IMG/VR virus record: IMGVR_UViG_3300019124_000038
Span: 32,001 to 96,000 of that record
Length of the DNA: 64,000 nucleotides
Direction: 5' to 3' (one strand)
From: a virus
Each line of letters begins with the position of its first letter. The stretch's first letter is position 1. Below, one piece after another: positions 40,007 through 50,085 of this stretch. Under the pieces are notes generated by a model that ran no database searches, was not told the DNA's origin, and was given only the letters and a program-made list of their open reading frames with translations. Both the position numbers and the translations under genes were made by a program.

Positions 40007-40623
40007 AACCCTTCTCAAAAAAAGCCGTAGCAGAACTCGCACTCAGGGTGGCTAACGGAGAACAGGAAGCGTTTGTGGAGCTGGAGAGGGTAGCACAGCC
40101 TCTCCTTCGCTCTCTTTCTTCTCGGTTCTCTAGCTATCATCATAGATTCGAATACGATGATTTTTACATGATCGGAGCAATAGGACTTTACCTTGCTTGC
40201 TTATCTTATGATCCGATCAATCCCTCATTCCTTGACTATGCTAAAGTCGTGATGCTTCGAGAATACTGGCGCGAACTTGATTACCAAAATGCGGCGAAGA
40301 GAAGCGTATATGCTAATGATCTATCTTACGATCAAATGTTGGAGGATACTGGCGTAGAGCCGATAGAGGATGAGAGTGATTTGTTTGAGATTGCGCGTAT
40401 CAACGAAGTGCGAGAACACATTGAGTCAATCGTTGAACAGTGCTTCACCCAAGAAAAAGCAACCATCATGAAAATGTTCCTCTTTGACGAGATGCGCGTG
40501 ATTGACATTGCGACAGAATTGAACCTGAAGTATAAGAATGTTCATTCAACTGTCAAACGCGGTGTAGAGAAAATTCGAAAGGAATACTCTACTAGGTTCC
40601 TTGACGAAAAAATGGTGGTATAA
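40003..40623 (+). CDS. Phage RNA polymerase sigma-70-family factor (SigH/ECF-like size)
   Basis: Region 2 (GEQEAF..L...EYDDFYMIG.IGL..A..SYD...SF..YA) and C-terminal HTH (IDIATELNLKYKNV). Confidence 0.75.
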   Translation: MKPFSKKAVAELALRVANGEQEAFVELERVAQPLLRSLSSRFSSYHHRFEYDDFYMIGAIGLYLACLSYDPINPSFLDYAKVVMLREYWRELDYQNAAKRSVYANDLSYDQMLEDTGVEPIEDESDLFEIARINEVREHIESIVEQCFTQEKATIMKMFLFDEMRVIDIATELNLKYKNVHSTVKRGVEKIRKEYSTRFLDEKMVV

Positions 40624-40629
40624 TATACT
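40601..40629 (+). promoter_or_regulatory. SigA-type promoter
   Basis: TTGACG-N17-TATACT, overlapped by TATAAT. Confidence 0.7.
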
Positions 40630-40655
40630 TGTAGTATAAGGTAGGTGAGACACAC

Positions 40656-41111
40656 TTGTTTGAAGTAATGCATACACGATCAGATGGAACCTCCTTGTGT
40701 TACGTCGATCACCCCGACTTTCTCAAATACTTGAAGGACAGATATGAGAAAGACAGCAAGGGAAAGGCGAACGGAATCAAGCTGTCTGTTACTCCGTACA
40801 TGAGAGCCAATAAGCGCGGTGTCATGCAAGAGATTGCATGGAATGTTGTTCTACCTCATGCGGACGTAAAAGGGCTAGAGAAGATTGCCAAGCAGGACAA
40901 GTACAAGAGTGAACGCGATCTGGAAAATGAACGCAAAGCGGCGGCTGAAAAGGTAGCGGCAAAAGCGGCAAAGAAATCTGAACGAGAAGCCGCACGTCTG
41001 GCGGCACGGGAAGCGGCAAAGGCAGAAAGAAAGCGTCTGAAGGAAGAACCGAAGCCGAAACGCACCCGCAAGAAAGCCGAACCAGCAGAACAACTCTCAC
41101 TCGATATTTGA
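40656..41111 (+). CDS. Hypothetical protein with Ala/Lys/Glu-rich C-terminus
   Basis: ORF with RBS AGGTGAG after promoter. Confidence 0.55.
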   Translation: MFEVMHTRSDGTSLCYVDHPDFLKYLKDRYEKDSKGKANGIKLSVTPYMRANKRGVMQEIAWNVVLPHADVKGLEKIAKQDKYKSERDLENERKAAAEKVAAKAAKKSEREAARLAAREAAKAERKRLKEEPKPKRTRKKAEPAEQLSLDI

Positions 41112-41304
41112 TGAAAAGGAGAGCGCGCCATTGTGGGCAAACAAGACATTGCTTTGGTATTCATAAGTATCGCCCTTTTTCTGGCGGCTTATGGTAGGGC
41201 AGGGAAATTTAGCCGTAAGGTAGGCTGGTGGATAATGGGTCTCTGCTTTATACTCGTAGTTGCGAGTAGCATCCTTGGTGATTTTTGACAGGAGGTAGCA
41301 ATAA

Positions 41305-41514
41305 ATGAGACGCAAAGGAAGCACTGGCGGTCGCATTCGCAAGTCCTATCCTCATGATAAACCAATCCCGATGATGAAAAAACTTGGGTGGAGACAAGGC
41401 ACGGCTCGTAGCCCATATCGAAGACAGCGACTAGTCTGGCGGAAGACACTCAAAGACATGCACAAAACCAAACAGCGACAATACAACAAACGATTATGCA
41501 AGGAGGAAGGTTGA
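41305..41514 (+). CDS. Small highly basic protein
   Basis: RBS AGGAGG; Arg/Lys-rich 69 aa. Confidence 0.5.
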   Translation: MRRKGSTGGRIRKSYPHDKPIPMMKKLGWRQGTARSPYRRQRLVWRKTLKDMHKTKQRQYNKRLCKEEG

Positions 41515-41656
41515 TGGAAGACAATGGACAGATTCATTGTTGTGCTGAGTTTCCGTTTTGTGAGTGCTACGTTGATATAGAGATTGATGAAATGGAAATC
41601 CAACAGCTCTATACACAGCTACAAACAATGGTGATCGAAGGGGAGGATGAGGAATA

Positions 41657-41956
41657 ATGCCGAATGTCATATATGCATGGCATCGTAATGGCAAACTCGT
41701 GCAAGACAGATCGCGCCGCTTGTACTATACAGAGGGTATGGCTAAGGGGGCACTCAAAAATTCACATAAGGGTCGGCAAGAAAAGGAAGAAATTGAGATT
41801 GTCGAGTACATGCCAGTCAACGAAGCCCGCGAAGCAATCGCCGAGCTTGTTGCAATCTATGATCGCTTGCGGAACGGTAAATCAGAAATGTTCGATGAAG
41901 AGAATGTGGCTGAAATCTGTAGTCCATTCACTTTCAATATTAAAAGGGAGGAATAA
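41657..41956 (+). CDS. Hypothetical protein
   Basis: RBS GAGGA; in-run ORF. Confidence 0.5.
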   Translation: MPNVIYAWHRNGKLVQDRSRRLYYTEGMAKGALKNSHKGRQEKEEIEIVEYMPVNEAREAIAELVAIYDRLRNGKSEMFDEENVAEICSPFTFNIKREE

Positions 41957-41959
41957 CAA

Positions 41960-42787
41960 TTGCACCAGTATCTTGACCTTTGCAAGCATGTACTAGAGAA
42001 CGGAACCTTCAAAGAAGATCGCACGGGCACAGGAACATACAGTGTTTTCGGCTATCAGATGCGATTTAACCTCGCAGAAGGCTTCCCTTTGGTGACGACG
42101 AAGAAAGTTCATCTGAAATCCATCATCTACGAACTGCTCTGGTTCCTTAGCGGCAACACTAATATCAAATATTTGACCGATAACGGAGTTCGCATTTGGA
42201 ACGAATGGGCAGATGAGAACGGCGATCTCGGTCCGGTCTATGGAGCGCAATGGAGATATTGGGTAAACCCTCATCAATCCTACACGCATCCTGACAAAGC
42301 TGTAACCTTCGGAACCATTGACCAGATATCTCGTGTTATCGAAGAGATTAAGCAAAACCCAGATTCCCGTCGCCTTGTGGTAAGTGCATGGAACGTCTCG
42401 GACCTCGACAAGATGGCGTTGCATCCGTGCCATGTACTATTCCAGTTCTATGTTCTCGATGGCAAGCTCTCTTGCCAGCTCTATCAGCGGTCAGGCGATA
42501 TCTTCCTCGGCATACCGTTTAATATTGCATCCTATGCGCTCCTCACAATGATGGTAGCGCAGGTATGCGATCTCGAACTCGGTGACTTCGTGCACACTCT
42601 CGGCGACGCACATATCTACAGCAACCATGTCGAGCAAGTGAAGCTCCAACTTACCCGTGAGCCATACCCGCTTCCGAAGATGCTGATTAACCCCGAGGTC
42701 AAAGATATCTTCGGCTTCAAGTACGAAGACTTCGAGCTTGTTGGCTACGAAGCGCACCCAAGCATCAAAGGAGAGGTCGCGGTATAG
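41960..42787 (+). CDS. thyA: Thymidylate synthase
   Basis: DRTGTGT, ELLWFL.G.TN, LGPVYG.QWR, PDSRR, ALHPCH, LYQRSGD.FLG.PFNIASY. Confidence 0.97.
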   Translation: MHQYLDLCKHVLENGTFKEDRTGTGTYSVFGYQMRFNLAEGFPLVTTKKVHLKSIIYELLWFLSGNTNIKYLTDNGVRIWNEWADENGDLGPVYGAQWRYWVNPHQSYTHPDKAVTFGTIDQISRVIEEIKQNPDSRRLVVSAWNVSDLDKMALHPCHVLFQFYVLDGKLSCQLYQRSGDIFLGIPFNIASYALLTMMVAQVCDLELGDFVHTLGDAHIYSNHVEQVKLQLTREPYPLPKMLINPEVKDIFGFKYEDFELVGYEAHPSIKGEVAV

Positions 42788-43033
42788 ATGGCTAGTAAAC
42801 CAAAGCGAAGCAAGACCTATATTCTTCATGAGCTTGCTACTGGAGGTCGCTTTCGTGTGATCGGCAGATATCGTGTAGGAGCAAAGAACGAAGAACAAGC
42901 CAAGGAGTTCCTGCGGGGCAAAATCGGTAAGCACAAGAAGGTTCGTGTCTACTACGAGGAGAAGAACGAAAGTAACTTTATAGAGCACGGCACTGTAATG
43001 CCAGACATTCCGATAGGGGGTCTTTATAGGTGA
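42788..43033 (+). CDS. Hypothetical protein
   Basis: In-run ORF directly after thyA. Confidence 0.5.
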   Translation: MASKPKRSKTYILHELATGGRFRVIGRYRVGAKNEEQAKEFLRGKIGKHKKVRVYYEEKNESNFIEHGTVMPDIPIGGLYR

Positions 43034-43227
43034 TTTGGCTATGGCTGTTGTGCGGGCTATACCTAGCCTGTGGTCTGTTTTTACTAATCCTATTTGCTAC
43101 ATCTGATTGGGGTGTGGGCGGATGGAAGGGAGCATTATACCTGATCTTCGTTGTCCCTGCGTTCTTCATTTGGCAAATTATCGAAGAAGGAATCGGAGGA
43201 GGTTTTCGTAAATGGCGATCAAAATGA
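43030..43227 (+). CDS. Small membrane protein
   Basis: Two hydrophobic segments; overlaps neighbours. Confidence 0.45.
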   Translation: MIWLWLLCGLYLACGLFLLILFATSDWGVGGWKGALYLIFVVPAFFIWQIIEEGIGGGFRKWRSK

Positions 43228-43772
43228 TTGCAGTAGTGGACGGACATGGTGCAATCGGACGGGAGAATGGGCTTCTGGCTCATCTCCCCGATGATTGGCG
43301 GTTCTTCATGGACAATACGATTGGGCATGGTGTCCTCATGGGGCGCAAGACATATGAGTCTCTTCCGTCCTTTGGCAAACAGTCTGGTGGAAAACATCTG
43401 CCGCGCCGCTACAACTTTGTGCTGACAAGGCAACCGATCTTCTACGGTCGTGCCGTTGAAACACTAGGTTCGGTAGAGGAAGCCTTGTTCATTGCTGAGT
43501 CTGTACAGCGCAGAGGCAAGGACTTCTGGATTATCGGCGGGGCAGAAATCTACGATCTGTTCTCAGATCATGTAGATGAGGTCTACCTGACCTATGTAAA
43601 TCATGTGTTCCCCGATGCTGATGCATTTTTCCCGTTGGATTTTTTGCGAGAACTAGAGTCAACTGACAAATGGGATTACGAAAGCCTTGGCAAGCATGAG
43701 GCCGATGAACGACATGCCTATAGCTTCGAGTTCGTTAAATATACTCGAATTAAAGGAGAAGAGACCTCATGA
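43212..43772 (+). CDS. folA: Dihydrofolate reductase
   Basis: IG.ENGL..HLPDD..FF, LMGRKTYESLP, LPRR.N.VLTR, IIGGAEIY, DADAFFP. Confidence 0.93.
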   Translation: MAIKMIAVVDGHGAIGRENGLLAHLPDDWRFFMDNTIGHGVLMGRKTYESLPSFGKQSGGKHLPRRYNFVLTRQPIFYGRAVETLGSVEEALFIAESVQRRGKDFWIIGGAEIYDLFSDHVDEVYLTYVNHVFPDADAFFPLDFLRELESTDKWDYESLGKHEADERHAYSFEFVKYTRIKGEETS

Positions 43773-44240
43773 TTTGTATTAATTGCCAGAAGGATATCAG
43801 CGAATCGGTGTTTACCTGTGACTCTGGAGTTGCGGGTAGGTTGGATATGGGGTTCGAGTGCGAAGATTGTGAAATCGTGATCTGGACTCATAAGGTGGAA
43901 CGATCATCAGATGTTTGGGAAGTCAAAGAGGAGGAGTAGGCAAATGAGCAAGGAAGAAATTTTGCGAGATTTTGCGATAGAGGACAATTTGTCTATCGAC
44001 GAAGTACTAGCGGGCTATACAGTTGTCGATTGGGGTAGTGGAGAGCTGGCAGTTGAACCGAAAGGAGATGTCAATATGAAGAATGAAGAAATGGTGACGA
44101 TTCCTAAGAAAGAATACGACAAACTGGTTGAAGATAGCAATTGGCTTTCTTGTTTGGAGGGGGCTGGCGTAGACAACTGGGATGGCATTAGTGAAGCATA
44201 TGCGCTTCGCAGAGAGTGGTACGGTCAAGACTAGCGTTCC

Positions 44241-44269
44241 TTGACTTTCTTAGCGTCGAATATTATAAT
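44241..44269 (+). promoter_or_regulatory. SigA-type promoter
   Basis: TTGACT-N17-TATAAT. Confidence 0.8.
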
Positions 44270-44516
44270 ATAGGTATAAGACAAGGAGGAGAGAATTTTG
44301 CTAGATGTAACATTGAAAACCATCACGGGAGCTGAAAGTGAAGACTCGTTCGATTATGTGAGCATCCGCATGTCCAAAGAGCAAGCATATTCGCTCGTTC
44401 GTTTCATTGAGACTGATGAAGCAAGTATCGAAGTCATGGAGTTCCTTGATAGACTTGTTGATCTTATCAGAGATGAAGTGCTTACTGATTGGTCAACGTC
44501 ATGAGGGGGAAGTAAA

Positions 44517-45695
44517 ATGATCATACATTACCTATCCGCCAGCAGACTTAAAAAGTATCTCCAATGTCCTGAAGCATACCATCAACACTACGAAAACGGT
44601 GTTAAGTCTGATGCTGAACATCTTCGGTTTGGAACGCTTATGCACAAAGTTCTGGAGCGGTGGTATCAAGAGTTTGATAAAACGATGAAGGAAATTTTCG
44701 ACTACGAGTGGATTCGGGCGGACATTGCCAGTCCTGAACTCCACAAGGACGCTTTGGATATCATAGATATCTTTGAGCGGCAGAACAACAGGAATGAATC
44801 CATTAACCTTGGTTTTGAGCTTGCGTTCGCTATCGACATTCTGAATGATCGGGTAGTTGACACATCTCACGTTGATTGGTCTGACTACGATCAGATGAAA
44901 GCGTTTCTGAAAACTCTGGAAGAGGACGAGAATCCTTATATCTTCGGATACATTGACCGTGTCGAATATGATGCGATCAGTGATACCTTGAAGATCAAGG
45001 ACTACAAGACCTCTCGAATCCCTCTAACACAGGCAGAAGCAGACACAGATGAGCAGATGAGTATGTATGCTCTTGTAGCTGAGTACATGTTTCCTGAATA
45101 CGAGCGTGTGGCTCTCCAGCTTGAATACGTGCGTCATGGTACTACTGTCACCACGTACCGAAGCGCAGAAGACAATGCTCGATTCAAAGACTGGCTCATC
45201 CTTATGTTCTACAAGATCAAGGAGGACACCGCACACGTTGCAACGCTTAACAAATATTGCGGATGGTGTGATGCTCGACATGGTTGTTATGCATACAAGC
45301 AACTGCTTGACGAAGGGTACGATGTAGACGCTGAGAAACTTGACTTCGAAGCTATGGACGTTGAGTTGGAGAAGTTGAAGGTCTACAAAAAAATCATGGA
45401 GGGTCGAATCAAAGAAATTGAAACCACCATGAAAGATCAACTGAAAGCCACTGACAATCGACCTATCGTGGCGGGCTCGGCAGAGCGTTATCTGACACCA
45501 AACATGCGTGTCAACTACGACCCTGCAACTGTCCTGAACATCTTCGGCGAGGATGGCTTTAAGTTCCTGTCGGTCAACAAAACCGAAGTGGACAAGGCTG
45601 TTCGAGGAGATGAGGAGAAGCAACGTGCTCTCATGGAAACGGGTCATAGCTACTATATTGCCCCAACTCTGCGGCGAGGTAAAGGGAAAAAGTAG
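44517..45695 (+). CDS. PD-(D/E)XK exonuclease, RecB/AddB/Cas4-like with Fe-S Cys cluster
   Basis: LSASRL..Y.QCP, GYIDRV, IKDYKTS, Q...YA, CGWC.....C. Confidence 0.85.
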   Translation: MIIHYLSASRLKKYLQCPEAYHQHYENGVKSDAEHLRFGTLMHKVLERWYQEFDKTMKEIFDYEWIRADIASPELHKDALDIIDIFERQNNRNESINLGFELAFAIDILNDRVVDTSHVDWSDYDQMKAFLKTLEEDENPYIFGYIDRVEYDAISDTLKIKDYKTSRIPLTQAEADTDEQMSMYALVAEYMFPEYERVALQLEYVRHGTTVTTYRSAEDNARFKDWLILMFYKIKEDTAHVATLNKYCGWCDARHGCYAYKQLLDEGYDVDAEKLDFEAMDVELEKLKVYKKIMEGRIKEIETTMKDQLKATDNRPIVAGSAERYLTPNMRVNYDPATVLNIFGEDGFKFLSVNKTEVDKAVRGDEEKQRALMETGHSYYIAPTLRRGKGKK

Positions 45696-45894
45696 AATGA
45701 GGGGGCGAAAGCTCCCTTGTCTATGTTGCACAAGGAGACAAGGATAAATGAAAAAGACCACGCGTAAGATTGCGGCTTTCCCATTTAAGATAATCTGGTG
45801 GATTCTGAAAGCTCCATTCAAGCTCCTGAAAGAAATTGGAGAAATCCTTCTGGAGTGGCTAACAGGCGTCGAGGTGTAGAAAGGGGAGTTCTGG

Positions 45895-46377
45895 ATGTCA
45901 TTAGTACATGCATTGCGTCATGAAATCGAACAGATCAATGGCGACGAGATGCGCGGCTTCGTAGTTGATGTGCTGGCTGACTACGATGAAAAGGCGGACG
46001 AAAATAAAGACCGCAATGTGTACGCATACCACACAAAGCGCATCGTCAGCCTTATGAGAATTATGCTGGAAGAATTGGACATAACTGATCGTCTGATGGA
46101 CATTGGTACTGCCGCCGCGCTGATTCATCTTGCTGGAAGCCTGACCGATGATCCGACAGGTGTAGAGAACAGGTTGGGGGCATTAGCTCTTCGCGGTCGC
46201 TATGCTGGCTTACAGTCGAATATTGGATTGGAAGATTATGATGCGGTGATGCGTTTAGTCGAAGGTCAGCACGGCATCCATTCACCTATCCCGCAAGTAG
46301 AGCCGCAATTGGATGACCCTGTGTATGTTTGGCTTCTCCCATTGGCTATCCGCATCGCAAAGGAGGGGGTGATATGA
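45895..46377 (+). CDS. Degenerate HD-domain-like protein
   Basis: HTKRIV...AAALIH (HD Asp absent)...HG. Confidence 0.4.
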   Translation: MSLVHALRHEIEQINGDEMRGFVVDVLADYDEKADENKDRNVYAYHTKRIVSLMRIMLEELDITDRLMDIGTAAALIHLAGSLTDDPTGVENRLGALALRGRYAGLQSNIGLEDYDAVMRLVEGQHGIHSPIPQVEPQLDDPVYVWLLPLAIRIAKEGVI

Positions 46378-46531
46378 GCCGTGCCATAGTAATAACTGAT
46401 GAATTACTAGACTATCTAGCTGAAAAGTACCAAAGTCGTCCTGTGCATTTAGCTATGTCATTTGAGCAGTATGTAGAAAATTGCGTCTGTGGCATTGAAG
46501 ATCGACTTTATGAAATTGAGGTGTATAGCAA

Positions 46532-46897
46532 ATGAGATTGAAATACAAGTATATCGCAATCGACTTCGACGGAACTATCGCAGAAGATTCATTCCCTGAG
46601 CTTGGAGCGATCAAGCCATACGCCGCGCAAGTCATCAAGAAAGTGGCAGATCACGGGGGTCAAATTGCAATCTGGACATGCCGTGCAGGGGTGTACGTTA
46701 ACCAAATTAAAGAACTGCTGAATGAATACGGTATTCCATATCACACGTTCAACGAGCCGTTCCCTGAACAACTGGCAATGTTCCCCGACAATAGCCGCAA
46801 AATTTTTGCAGATGTGTACATTGATGATCGCAGTCTTCATGCTAAAGAAGAAGGGATTGATTGGCTCGATGTGGAGCGTCGTTTGTTCGATTTTTAG
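46532..46897 (+). CDS. HAD-superfamily phosphatase-like protein
   Basis: IAIDFDGTI, IWTCR, RKIFADVYIDDR. Confidence 0.85.
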   Translation: MRLKYKYIAIDFDGTIAEDSFPELGAIKPYAAQVIKKVADHGGQIAIWTCRAGVYVNQIKELLNEYGIPYHTFNEPFPEQLAMFPDNSRKIFADVYIDDRSLHAKEEGIDWLDVERRLFDF

Positions 46898-46909
46898 GGA
46901 GGAATACAG

Positions 46910-47494
46910 GTGTCTTTTGATGTTAATTCATATAAGGCTGACGCTCGTTCAAAAGATGAGCTTGTCAGTGACATGACAAAAGGCTTACGGAACGAAGTTG
47001 TAGCCATCCGTCACTTTGAGAAACTTCTGGAAGCAAGTAGCGTAGAGAGTCCAAGCATCGTCTACTGTGGTTCAGAGAAGGAAGGAGAGGTGCTGATGGA
47101 AGGGGATCAGGTCGCGAATGTTGGTCTTTTCCCTGACTACTTACTGAAATTCCGTAGGCATCGTCGCGCACAGTTCAAGTTCATTGAGGTCAAGATTTGC
47201 AACCCGCACTCACGCTTGGCGTACTTCAAGGTTAAGCAACTCGAACAGTATCGGGATATGGGGAGTGTTCTCATTCTGTTCGTGATGGGCTTTGATACTT
47301 GCGATCCAAAGTACATGCTTGTAGAGCCAGAGGAGATTTTGAAGATCGACATTGATACCGAGCTGGTATACGGCAAGGAGACAATGAAGATTCCGACGAA
47401 TTTCTTCCGATGGGATGATTTCAGGCAATTCAATCGGAAGGCGAATCCACTGGAGAAGAGCTACATCAAAGAGCATGTTCCTCGCAAGGTGTAG
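46910..47494 (+). CDS. Putative PD-(D/E)XK nuclease
   Basis: E...PDY...FIEVK motif. Confidence 0.5.
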   Translation: MSFDVNSYKADARSKDELVSDMTKGLRNEVVAIRHFEKLLEASSVESPSIVYCGSEKEGEVLMEGDQVANVGLFPDYLLKFRRHRRAQFKFIEVKICNPHSRLAYFKVKQLEQYRDMGSVLILFVMGFDTCDPKYMLVEPEEILKIDIDTELVYGKETMKIPTNFFRWDDFRQFNRKANPLEKSYIKEHVPRKV

Positions 47495-47531
47495 AAGTAT
47501 ATGTAGTTGCCACTGAGGAGGAGAGGTACTA

Positions 47532-47891
47532 ATGGTCATTGTCTACGCTTCACGTACAGGCAATGTCAGACGGTTCGTGTCGAATATTCGACGCTACGAA
47601 TGCTACAGTATCTCCGAGTACGACAAGACGCTTGGCAAATATGTCCTCATCACCTACACCACTGGCTTCGGTGAAGCACCAGAAGAAGTGAAACAGTTTC
47701 TAACTGAGCACGGGGAGAACATGGTCGCAGTAGCGGCAAGCGGTAATCGTAATTGGGGTCTAGCATTCTGTAAGTCTGCCGACACGATCTCTGAACAATA
47801 CAACGTCCCTGTCCTGCACAAATTCGAGATGTCAGGATTGCAACGGGATGCAGAGATCATAGAGAAGGAGATGGACAGATTTGAGTGCTAG
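47532..47891 (+). CDS. nrdI: Class Ib RNR flavodoxin NrdI
   Basis: YASRTGNVRRF, TYTTGFGE.P, ASGNRNWG..F, KFEMSG. Confidence 0.95.
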   Translation: MVIVYASRTGNVRRFVSNIRRYECYSISEYDKTLGKYVLITYTTGFGEAPEEVKQFLTEHGENMVAVAASGNRNWGLAFCKSADTISEQYNVPVLHKFEMSGLQRDAEIIEKEMDRFEC

Positions 47892-50013
47892 ATTTATTGC
47901 ACTAAACAACGAAGTTAAGATCAAGAAGGATGGGAAGTATCAGTTCGAGAAGGACTTGGAAGCGGTTCGAGCCTATTTCATTGACTATGTGAATCAGAAC
48001 ACAGTTTTCTTCCACGATCTTCGCGAAAAGCTCAATTACTTGGTCGAAAACGCATACTACGACAAAGAGATTCTTGACTGGTATACCTTTGACCAGATCA
48101 AAGAAGTCTTCAAACTAACCTACTCGAAGAAGTTTCGATTCGCTTCTTTCATGAGCGCATTCAAGTTCTACAATAGCTACGCTCTTAAAACGAACGATGG
48201 CTCTAAGTTTCTTGAACGCTACGAAGATCGTGTAGCGGCTAATGCTCTCTTCCTAGCGGAAGGCAACTTCGAAAAGGCAAAAGAGCACGTATGGAATCTC
48301 ATCGAACAGATGTACCAACCAGCCACTCCAACATTCCTGAACGCACTCCGAGAACGCGCAGGGGAGCTAGTATCGTGCTTCCTGCTGGACATGCCAGACT
48401 CTACTGAGGGTATCATGTATGTCGCAGAAGCGTGTGCTCAACTCAGCCGTAATGGTGGCGGCGTAGGCATTAACCTCTCCAAACTTCGTGCAGAAGGCGA
48501 AGATATCATGGGTGTGGAGGGGGCGGCAAGCTCTCCAGTCGGAGTGGCAAAGATGCTGGAGACAATTTTCAATCACTTCAACCAGCTCGGACAACGCAAT
48601 GGCTCTGGCGTTGCGTACCTGAATCTCTTCCACGCTAGCATCGAAGAGTTCTTGGACACCAAAAAGATCAACGCTGACGAAGATGCTCGATTGAAAACCC
48701 TCTCTATTGGCGTAATCGCTCCAAACAAGTTCTTCGACCTTGCAGAAGAAGAAAAGCCATACTTTGTCTTCTACCCGCACAGTGTTTATAAAGAGTACGG
48801 CATCCATATGGATGACATGGACATGAGCGAATGGTACGACAAATTGGTCGCAAACCCGAATGTTCGTAAGAAGAAACTCGATGCACGGCAGATGCTTACG
48901 AAGATTGAACAGATTCGTCAAGAGTCTGGCTACCCATACTACATGTTCGTAGACAACGCGAACCAGTATAACGCTCTTAAAGCACTTGGTCGCATCATCA
49001 TGTCAAACCTGTGTAACGAAATCTACCAGATTCAACTCCCGTCTGAGATCAAGGCGCGGGCAGAAAAAAGCGAGTACGGTTATGATGTATCTTGTAACCT
49101 CGGCTCCATGAACATCACAAACCACATGGAGAAAGGTCACGGCGGAAACTTCCGACGCTCCGTGCACCTCGCAATGGACGCTCTTAATACAGTAGCAAAA
49201 CGGACTTCGATTGATGTTGTGCCGACAGTTCGAAACGCAAACGCGGCACTCCGCTCTGTAGGACTTGGCGCAATGGGGCTTCATGGTTATCTAGCTAAGA
49301 ATCGAATTGTATATGGTAGCAGAGAATCGAAGGACTTCGCAAACACCTACTTCATGATGCTGAACTTCCACTCGCTCGAACGCTCGATGCAAATTGCGCG
49401 AGAAGAAGGGTTCGTGTTCGAAGGATTCGAAAAGTCTACCTATGCAACAGGAGAATACTTCACTAAATACCTGAACCATAGTTTTGCTCCTCGCACAGAG
49501 AAGGTTAAGGCGTTATTTGACGGCATCTACATTCCAACTCAGGAAGATTGGGCGCGATTGATGGCCGATGTACAAAAATACGGTATCGCTCATGCTTACC
49601 GTATGGCGATTGCTCCTACGGGTTCGATTTCCTATGTACAGAACGCTACTCCCTCCATTGCCCCGATCACTGAGCAAGTAGAGACGCGCACCTATGGTGA
49701 CAGTACAACACACTATCCGATGCCGTTTATGACGAACGAGAACATGATGTTCTACCGTACGGCTTATGAAATGGACATGATGAAATTCATCGACCTTGTA
49801 GCCGTCATTCAACAGCATGTTGACCAAGGCATCTCGACCACTCTGTATGTGACTTCGGAACACAGCACACGCGATATGGCTCGTTATGTCATCTACGCGA
49901 ACCGTAAAAAGCTCAAAGGGCTCTACTATGTTCGCACCAAGCTCATCACTACGATGACTGGTGATAATGGCGTAGAGATCGGCATTGACGAGTGCATGAA
50001 CTGTGCGGTATAA
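47881..50013 (+). CDS. nrdE: Class Ib ribonucleotide reductase alpha subunit
   Basis: YQPATPTFLN, LVSCFL, SNLCNEI, SCNLGS, AIAPTGSISY, DQGIS, LYYVR, C-terminal CxxC. Confidence 0.97.
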   Translation: MSARFIALNNEVKIKKDGKYQFEKDLEAVRAYFIDYVNQNTVFFHDLREKLNYLVENAYYDKEILDWYTFDQIKEVFKLTYSKKFRFASFMSAFKFYNSYALKTNDGSKFLERYEDRVAANALFLAEGNFEKAKEHVWNLIEQMYQPATPTFLNALRERAGELVSCFLLDMPDSTEGIMYVAEACAQLSRNGGGVGINLSKLRAEGEDIMGVEGAASSPVGVAKMLETIFNHFNQLGQRNGSGVAYLNLFHASIEEFLDTKKINADEDARLKTLSIGVIAPNKFFDLAEEEKPYFVFYPHSVYKEYGIHMDDMDMSEWYDKLVANPNVRKKKLDARQMLTKIEQIRQESGYPYYMFVDNANQYNALKALGRIIMSNLCNEIYQIQLPSEIKARAEKSEYGYDVSCNLGSMNITNHMEKGHGGNFRRSVHLAMDALNTVAKRTSIDVVPTVRNANAALRSVGLGAMGLHGYLAKNRIVYGSRESKDFANTYFMMLNFHSLERSMQIAREEGFVFEGFEKSTYATGEYFTKYLNHSFAPRTEKVKALFDGIYIPTQEDWARLMADVQKYGIAHAYRMAIAPTGSISYVQNATPSIAPITEQVETRTYGDSTTHYPMPFMTNENMMFYRTAYEMDMMKFIDLVAVIQQHVDQGISTTLYVTSEHSTRDMARYVIYANRKKLKGLYYVRTKLITTMTGDNGVEIGIDECMNCAV

Positions 50014-50085
50014 GGGTTGGGGTCTCTTGACCCCTCCTTACTACAGTCACAAAATAGATCATTAAAACGAGGAGAGAGAAGCAAG

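Noticed and set aside
44517-45695. CRISPR-associated Cas4 or CRISPR array
   Set aside because: No repeat-spacer array or other cas genes seen; the protein fits a stand-alone phage recombination nuclease.
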